This document shows, one piece after another, positions 58,517 to 64,000 of a DNA stretch of 64,000 nt. This DNA is from an uncultured Thermoleophilia bacterium (GTDB lineage Bacteria; Actinomycetota; Thermoleophilia; UBA2241), in the NCBI GenBank assembly GCA_963702475.1, contig CAVPCT010000006.1:192001-256000 (forward strand). The letters are read 5' to 3'. A program made the translations under genes and the position numbers. Positions within the stretch are counted from its first letter, which is position 1. Each line of letters opens with the position of its first letter. The notes below the pieces were generated by a model. That model was not told the origin of the DNA, did not search any database, and saw only the letters and a list, made by a program, of their open reading frames with translations.

Positions 58517-58700
58517 GGCGCTGAGACAGGGTGGCCGCCCGGCGCGCTTCTCCAGTCGCGCAGGGCGGCGACTCTGCTGCGTGTGCGCATGGGCCGCACG
58601 GTGCAGGCCGGTCCGCAGTCTGCCGATAGGGGGGTGACGGGCCGCGCGGTCTTCGACCGTCCGCCGCGCGCAGTGTCCGCACCACGGCCGGGAGGGCGAC

Positions 58701-60368
58701 GTGTCCGACAGGTACACCGTGTCCAGCTATCTCATCGACCGCCTGTTGGACGTCGGCGTGAGGCACGCGTTCGGCGTTCCCGGCGACTACGTGCTGGACT
58801 TCCTGGACCACGTGGTCGCCAGTGACCTTGAGTGGGTCGGCACCTGCAACGAGCTGAACGCCGGCTATGCGGCGGATGGGTACGCGCGGCTCAACGGGGC
58901 CGGAGCCGCCGTGGTCACCTACGGCGTCGGCGGCCTGAGCATCATGAACGCTCTGGCCGGCGCCTACGCAGAGCAGGTGCCGCTGATCCTGGTCAGCGGC
59001 GCCCCGCCCGCCCGGCGACGGGAAGCGGGCGCCATGGTCCACCACCTGATCTCGAGTTACTACCTGCAGCTCGACATCTGCACGAAGATGACGGCCGACG
59101 CGGCCATCCTCACCGACCCCGCGGCGGCTCCGGACCAGATCGACCGCGTGCTCGCCGCCTGCGTGGCACGCAAGCTGCCCGTGTACCTCGAGTTGCCGGC
59201 CGACGTGGCGCTGGCGCCGTGCCGGCGGCCGGGCGCGCTCGCCGATGAGCCGCCGGCGGTCTCGGACGAGGAGAGCCTCGCTGAGTGCATGGCCGAGGTC
59301 GCGGCGCTGGTCGACGCCGCCGAGCATCCGCTCGTGCTGGCGGGCGTCGACCTTCTGCGCTTCGGCCTCGGCGATGAGGCGCTCGCGCTGGTGGAGACCA
59401 CCGAGATCCCGTTCGCCACCATGCTCAGCAGCAAGTCGCTACTGCCCGAGCTGCACCCGCAGTTCGTAGGCATCTACCAGGGCGGCTGGAGCCGCGTTTC
59501 GGTGCGTGATGAGGTCGAGGCCGCCGACTGCGTACTCTCGCTCGGCGTGCGCCAGACCGACCTGGACACCGGGCTCTTCAGCGCTGTGCTCGACGGGCCC
59601 CGCGTGATCAGCGCCGGTGGCGGCGAGGTGCGCATCGGACATCACTACTACCGCCAGGTCGAGCTGGGCGACCTCATGCGCGGCCTCACGGCTGCGCTCC
59701 GGCCGCGCACCTACCTGTGCTCGCACCCGGCGAGCGGCTACCGTTTCGCGAAGCCCTTCGCCCCCGAGCCAGACCGGCCGCTTACCGCCGTCAGGCTGTA
59801 CGAGGCGCTCGACTTCTTCCTGGACGACGACATGATCCTGCTTGCGGAGCCGGGGGACGCATTCTGCGCGGCCCCGGAGTTCCACATCGAGGAGGCCGAG
59901 AACTTCATCGTGCAGGTGTACTACAGCTCCATCGGCTACTGCACGCCCGCCGCGCTCGGCGTGGCGCTGGCGCGGCCCGCCAAGCGCCCCGTCGTGCTGA
60001 CGGGCGACGGGGCCTTCCAGATGACCGCCCAGGAGGTCTCCACCCTGGTGCGCAGGCGTCTGCCCGCCCTCATCGTCGTCATCAACAACGACGGCTACCT
60101 GGTGGAACGGAAGCTCCACGAGGACGGCGTCTACAACGACATCCAGATGTGGGACTACAGGCGCCTGCCGGAGGTGTTCGGCGACGAGTCGTTCGTGGCA
60201 GGCTACCGCGCCGAGACCGAGGAGGAGCTCGATGCGGCGCTCGAGGGCGCCACCGCGAACCGTGACAAGCTGGTGCTCGTCGAGGCCTGCATCCCGGGCC
60301 GCGACTGCTCGGACGGCCTTGAGCGGCTCGGGCGGTCGTTCCGCGCGGCGCCCGCGCCGGGGAAGTGA
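58701..60368 (+). CDS. ThDP-dependent 2-keto-acid decarboxylase (pyruvate/indolepyruvate decarboxylase family)
   Basis: FGVPGDY, CNELNAGYAADGYAR, TYGVGGLS, VHH, SIGY, GDGAFQMTAQE, INNDGYLVE. Confidence 0.92.
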   Translation: MSDRYTVSSYLIDRLLDVGVRHAFGVPGDYVLDFLDHVVASDLEWVGTCNELNAGYAADGYARLNGAGAAVVTYGVGGLSIMNALAGAYAEQVPLILVSGAPPARRREAGAMVHHLISSYYLQLDICTKMTADAAILTDPAAAPDQIDRVLAACVARKLPVYLELPADVALAPCRRPGALADEPPAVSDEESLAECMAEVAALVDAAEHPLVLAGVDLLRFGLGDEALALVETTEIPFATMLSSKSLLPELHPQFVGIYQGGWSRVSVRDEVEAADCVLSLGVRQTDLDTGLFSAVLDGPRVISAGGGEVRIGHHYYRQVELGDLMRGLTAALRPRTYLCSHPASGYRFAKPFAPEPDRPLTAVRLYEALDFFLDDDMILLAEPGDAFCAAPEFHIEEAENFIVQVYYSSIGYCTPAALGVALARPAKRPVVLTGDGAFQMTAQEVSTLVRRRLPALIVVINNDGYLVERKLHEDGVYNDIQMWDYRRLPEVFGDESFVAGYRAETEEELDAALEGATANRDKLVLVEACIPGRDCSDGLERLGRSFRAAPAPGK

Positions 60369-60411
60369 GCGGCGGGCTGCCTGTGCTGATGTGGGCGGCC
60401 GCCCGCTCCGC

Positions 60412-60858
60412 TCAGCCGCCCCAGCGCCCCCAGTCTTCGCGCTCCTCGCGCCCGCGGCGCCAGTGGAAGCGCGCGACGATGGGGGCGTCGCGGAGCTCGG
60501 GATGCGCCGCCGACAGGGCTGAGTCGCCGCTCTTGAGCGCGTCGAGGACGAGGTCGCGGTAGCGGTGGAAGATGCCCACGCGCATCCGCGCCGTGCCGAA
60601 CACCGGCAGGCCGCCCTGGGCGGCCATGTGCAGCTCCAGGCGAGGCCCGTCGTCCACGACCCACTCGCCCAGGACCTCGTCCCGCTCCAGCCGCACCTGG
60701 AGGGTGCGGAGCGCCGCCGCATCGTAGTCCGCGCCGATGCTCAAGAAGAGGTGGCCGGTCCGGTCCGAGTGCGTGAGCGTGTAACGGCGCGGTGTGAGCG
60801 GGCTGTCGCGCCCGGTGCCGGGCAGGAACGTCACGTGGAGGCGAGCGGTATCGAGCAC
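60412..60858 (-). CDS. Staygreen (SGR)-family protein
   Basis: LHVTF...PRRYTLTHSDRTGHLFLSIG...RDEVLGEW...IFHR...GD...HPEL. Confidence 0.85.
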   Translation of the reverse strand: MLDTARLHVTFLPGTGRDSPLTPRRYTLTHSDRTGHLFLSIGADYDAAALRTLQVRLERDEVLGEWVVDDGPRLELHMAAQGGLPVFGTARMRVGIFHRYRDLVLDALKSGDSALSAAHPELRDAPIVARFHWRRGREEREDWGRWGG

Positions 60859-61031
60859 TTCAGGCGGGGAGTCGCTGGGGCGTCATGTGCGGCGGTGCCT
60901 CCCGGGGCGTCATCGGCGTCCGCGTAGGGTATACCGGGGTGGCGGTCGCGGCGGCAAGTCGCGAACGTCCCTGTGCGTGGTCGCGGGCAGCGGGCCACGC
61001 GCCCGGGTAGACTGCCCTGGAGGTGCCCGCC

Positions 61032-61910
61032 GTGGAGAAGCCCGACAGAACCGCGCTCGTGACCCTGCCGGTGACGGTGCTCGTCGCCGTGGGCGTGGCC
61101 GTGGCCGGGAGTCAGGGCGGGGCGACTTTGGGCGGCGTGCCCGTCTTCGCCCTCTGCATCGCCCTCGCGTTCGTGGCGCAGTGGGCGGTGTTCGTCCCAG
61201 CGTATCTTCGGCAGACCGAGCGGTTCTACGACATCACGGGCAGTGTCACGTACATCACCGTCACCGCGGTCGCCGTGCTGCTCTCGCCGGCTGCGGACGC
61301 GCGTTCCCTCCTCCTTCTGGCCCTGGTGGTGGTCTGGGCCGTGCGTCTCGGGGCGTACCTCTCGTTGCGCATCCGCAGGTCGGGCAAGGACGAGCGCTTC
61401 GATGCCATCAAATCGTCGTTCCCGCGCTTCCTGAGCGCGTGGACGCTGCAGGGGCTGTGGGTGAGCCTGACTCTCTCGGCCGCTCTCGCCGCGATCACCG
61501 CGGACGCGCGGGAGGATCTCGGCGTGGTCTCGTACGTCGGTCTCGCGTTGTGGGTGCTCGGGTTCACGGTCGAGGCCGTGGCCGACCTCCAGAAGAGCCG
61601 TTTCCGCGCCGATCCGGCCAACCGTGGACGGTTCATCAGCGGCGGGTTGTGGGCCTGGTCCCGGCACCCGAACTACTTCGGCGAGATCGTCCTCTGGATC
61701 GGCGTGTTCGTGATCGCCGCACCGGTCCTGAGCGGCTGGCTGTGGATCGGTGTTCTCTCACCCGTGTTCGTGACGCTGCTGCTGACGCGCGTGAGCGGCA
61801 TACCGCTGCTGGAGAAGCGCGCCGACCGCACATGGGGTGGGCAGTCGGAGTACGAGGCCTACAAGGCGAGCACGCCGGTTCTGGTGCCGCGCCCGCCGAG
61901 GAGAAGGTGA
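61032..61910 (+). CDS. DUF1295 (steroid 5-alpha reductase-like) membrane protein
   Basis: ERFYDITGS, WAVRLG, KDERF, EAVADLQK, GLWAWSRHPNYFGE, SGIPLLEK. Confidence 0.9.
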   Translation: MEKPDRTALVTLPVTVLVAVGVAVAGSQGGATLGGVPVFALCIALAFVAQWAVFVPAYLRQTERFYDITGSVTYITVTAVAVLLSPAADARSLLLLALVVVWAVRLGAYLSLRIRRSGKDERFDAIKSSFPRFLSAWTLQGLWVSLTLSAALAAITADAREDLGVVSYVGLALWVLGFTVEAVADLQKSRFRADPANRGRFISGGLWAWSRHPNYFGEIVLWIGVFVIAAPVLSGWLWIGVLSPVFVTLLLTRVSGIPLLEKRADRTWGGQSEYEAYKASTPVLVPRPPRRR

Positions 61911-62605
61911 GCGAGGGCCGGCCGGCGGAAGCGGGGCCGGCCGTGCGGGCACTCATCCTCGACATGGACGGCCTGATCTTCGACTCCGAGCGGCTCGCGC
62001 GCGAGGCCTGGCGTGCCGCCCTGCTCGCGCGAGGCTACCGGCTCACGGACGAGGTGTACCTGCGGGCCGTCGGGCGCACGGCCGCGGAGGCACGGGACGT
62101 CTTCGTGAAGGCCTTCGGCGCCGGGCTGCCGATCGACGAGGTCGAGGAGGACAAGACCCGACGACTGCGTGTGCTGCTCGGCGAGGCGCCGACGGTGAAG
62201 CCCGGCCTCGATGCACTGCTGGACGAGGCCGGCCGGCTGGAACTTCCGGCCGCCGTGGCGAGCGCGACGGCGGCGGCCGAAGTTCGGCGCCGGCTCGCCG
62301 CCGCCGGACTGGAGCGCCGGATCGCCGTCGTAGCCGGCGGTGACGAGGTGAGCGCCGGCAAGCCGGCGCCCGACCTGTTTCTGCGGGCGGCCGAGCTGCT
62401 GGCCGTCCCGCCCGCCGCCTGCCTGGTACTCGAGGACGCGGAGGCCGGCGTCCGCGCCGCGGCAGCGGCCGGCATGCCGGCGATCATGGTCCCCGACCTC
62501 GCCCAGCCGTCGGCGGCGTGCCGGGCGCTCTGCGTCGCCGTGGTGGACTCGCTGGCGGCGGCCGTGCCGGTGCTGCGCTCGCTGGCCGCCTCTCCGCGCA
62601 CATGA
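61907..62605 (+). CDS. HAD-family phosphatase (beta-PGM-like)
   Basis: LDMDGLIFDSE, VKPG, AVASA, GKPAPDLF, LEDAEAG. Confidence 0.9.
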   Translation: MSEGRPAEAGPAVRALILDMDGLIFDSERLAREAWRAALLARGYRLTDEVYLRAVGRTAAEARDVFVKAFGAGLPIDEVEEDKTRRLRVLLGEAPTVKPGLDALLDEAGRLELPAAVASATAAAEVRRRLAAAGLERRIAVVAGGDEVSAGKPAPDLFLRAAELLAVPPAACLVLEDAEAGVRAAAAAGMPAIMVPDLAQPSAACRALCVAVVDSLAAAVPVLRSLAASPRT

Positions 62606-62880
62606 AGCAGCGCCTGCTCCGTCCGTTCGCGTCACCGGATGAGTACTTCGATGAGGTCCGCACGCTCGTCGCCGACCTGGCGCACTCCGGTCACGCCGCG
62701 GCGGCAGCGGACCTCCGAGGGGGCTTCGGCTGCCTCAACGGCCTCACAGACGGCTGGGCGCTCTTCCTCGAGGCAGTCGAGGCCGTCGCCGGCCGCTACG
62801 GGCCGGATCTCTCCGGCGAACAGCGGCGTCGGCTCGACGGTGTCCGCTGCGTCGCCGACCGTGTGACGCACCGCCACTGA
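62602..62880 (+). CDS. Hypothetical protein
   Basis: ATGA overlap with the HAD gene; 92 aa containing CLNGLTDGW. Confidence 0.6.
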   Translation: MKQRLLRPFASPDEYFDEVRTLVADLAHSGHAAAAADLRGGFGCLNGLTDGWALFLEAVEAVAGRYGPDLSGEQRRRLDGVRCVADRVTHRH

Positions 62881-63015
62881 CCGCGTCGCGCGCCGCCGCC
62901 GGCCACCTCTTCTTCGATGGGATCCGCAGGCCGGTCGGCAGCCGGCCTCGGTCTCCGCTCGCGGCGTTCGCCGGGGATAGACTGGACCCACCGGGGTCGA
63001 TGTGAGGTGGTGCCG

Positions 63016-64000
63016 ATGAGCGGATTCGCGGAGTACCGGGAGTACGACGGGCTGGGCCTGGCCGAGCTGGTGAGGACGAAACAGGTCTCGGCCGCCGACC
63101 TCGTCGAGGAGGCGGTCGCACGCATCGAGGCGCGCAATCCCGCCGTCAACGCGGTGATCAGGCCGCTGTTCGCTGAGGCGCGGGCGGCGGCCCAGGAGCC
63201 GCTCCCGGAAGGGTCGTTCGCCGGCGTGCCGCTGCTGCTCAAGGATCTGATCTGCGCCGCGGAGGGGGTGCCGACCAGCTGCGGCACGCGGATCCTTCGA
63301 GACGTGCCGCAGCAGCGGGACAGCGAGATGGTGCGGCGCTTCCGCGCCGCGGGGTTCGTCATCGTCGGCAAGACCAACCTGCCCGAGTTCGGCCTGCTCC
63401 CGTACACCGAGCCGGAGGCCTTCGGCCCCACCAACAATCCGTGGAGTCTGGAGCGCACGGCCGGCGGCTCCAGCGGCGGCTCCGCCGCCTCCGTGGCCGT
63501 CGGCATGGTGCCCATCGCCTCGGGCGGAGACGGCGGCGGCTCCATCCGCATCCCCGCCTCCTGCTGCGGGCTCTTCGGCCTCAAGCCGAGCCGCGCGCGC
63601 ACGCCTACGGGTCCCGACTTCGGTGAGCTCTGGCGCGGCTTCGTCCAGGAGCATGTGCTCACACGCTCTGTGCGCGACAGCGCTGCCGTCCTGGACGCGG
63701 TCGCCGGACCGGACGTGGGCGCGCCGTACTGGGCTCCGCCCGCGGCGCGCCCCTTCCTCGACGAGGTCACCGCGGAGCCCGGGCGGCTGCGCATCGCCTT
63801 CACGGCGAAGCCGCTCATGGGCCACGACGTGCACCCGGACTGCCTCGCGGGCCTGGACGCCACGGTGAGCCTGCTGGAGGAACTCGGTCACGAGGTCGTG
63901 GAGGCGGCGCCGCCGATGGAGCGTGAGTCTTTCGCGGTGTCGTACATCCTGGTGCTGGCCGGAGAGACAAGGGACGCGGTGGCCGCGGCCGCGCGCGCCG
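63016..64000 (+). CDS. Amidase signature family protein; runs off right edge
   Basis: MSGFAEYREYDGLGLAELV, GVPLLLKDL, GKTNLPEFG, NPW, GGSSGGSAA, DGGGSIRIPASCCGLFGLKPSR. Confidence 0.93.
   Translation, partial: MSGFAEYREYDGLGLAELVRTKQVSAADLVEEAVARIEARNPAVNAVIRPLFAEARAAAQEPLPEGSFAGVPLLLKDLICAAEGVPTSCGTRILRDVPQQRDSEMVRRFRAAGFVIVGKTNLPEFGLLPYTEPEAFGPTNNPWSLERTAGGSSGGSAASVAVGMVPIASGGDGGGSIRIPASCCGLFGLKPSRARTPTGPDFGELWRGFVQEHVLTRSVRDSAAVLDAVAGPDVGAPYWAPPAARPFLDEVTAEPGRLRIAFTAKPLMGHDVHPDCLAGLDATVSLLEELGHEVVEAAPPMERESFAVSYILVLAGETRDAVAAAARA

Noticed and set aside
5800-58520. About 15 frameshifts (deacetylase, cooS, ltrA, dehydrogenase x2, cobC, cbiD, cbiT, cbiH, cbiJ, cbiP, cobA-hemD, sirC-like x2, META) as pseudogenisation or programmed frameshifting
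   Set aside because: They are scattered single-base indels with intact motifs on both sides, no in-frame nonsense codons and no shared slippery sequence. Sequencing or assembly error is the best explanation, though read polishing is needed to confirm.
140-63891. Many long antisense or alternative-frame ORFs (e.g. 1208..4117, 21156..23612, 57564..59327, 62632..63891)
   Set aside because: Shadow ORFs caused by high GC3 and stop-codon scarcity. They are Arg/Gly/Ala-rich, have no recognisable motifs and overlap well-supported genes.
1-64000. tRNA, rRNA, IS elements, integrases, prophage or defence systems
   Set aside because: No recognisable signatures were seen on either strand.

Overview
High-GC (about 73% by eye) bacterial DNA. 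Gene content and promoter style suggest an anaerobic Actinomycetota lineage such as Thermoleophilia (inference). About 15 single-base frameshifts interrupt otherwise intact genes, most likely uncorrected long-read errors. The left third (1-25 kb) holds housekeeping and redox genes: S9 peptidase, an HAO-family octaheme cytochrome with a PKD tail, RlmKL, polysaccharide deacetylase, RecQ, an atypical CooS-V-like CODH-family protein with a ferredoxin, ThrE, a MarR/LtrA/F420-reductase-like module, KorAB, a Crp/Fnr regulator, a membrane polyferredoxin and a transglutaminase-like protein. The centre (25-50.7 kb) is a nearly complete anaerobic cobamide biosynthesis island controlled by two cobalamin riboswitches. 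It includes CbiD-CbiE, CbiJ-BtuR and CbiM-CbiN-CbiQ fusions and an antisense precorrin-2 dehydrogenase gene. The best novelty candidate is the first riboswitch-controlled unit, directly upstream of cobU-cobT-cobS-cobC. It encodes a Zn-dependent dehydrogenase with an altered metal ligand and a TrpD-like phosphoribosyltransferase whose anthranilate-binding residues appear changed. The window has no bluB, bza or pduX gene, so this pair may be an undescribed lower-ligand or linker pathway. The right end holds TetR-regulated modules, carbonic anhydrase, tandem META proteins, a 2-keto-acid decarboxylase, a Staygreen homolog, DUF1295, a HAD phosphatase and an amidase. No rRNA, tRNA, CRISPR array or mobile element was seen.
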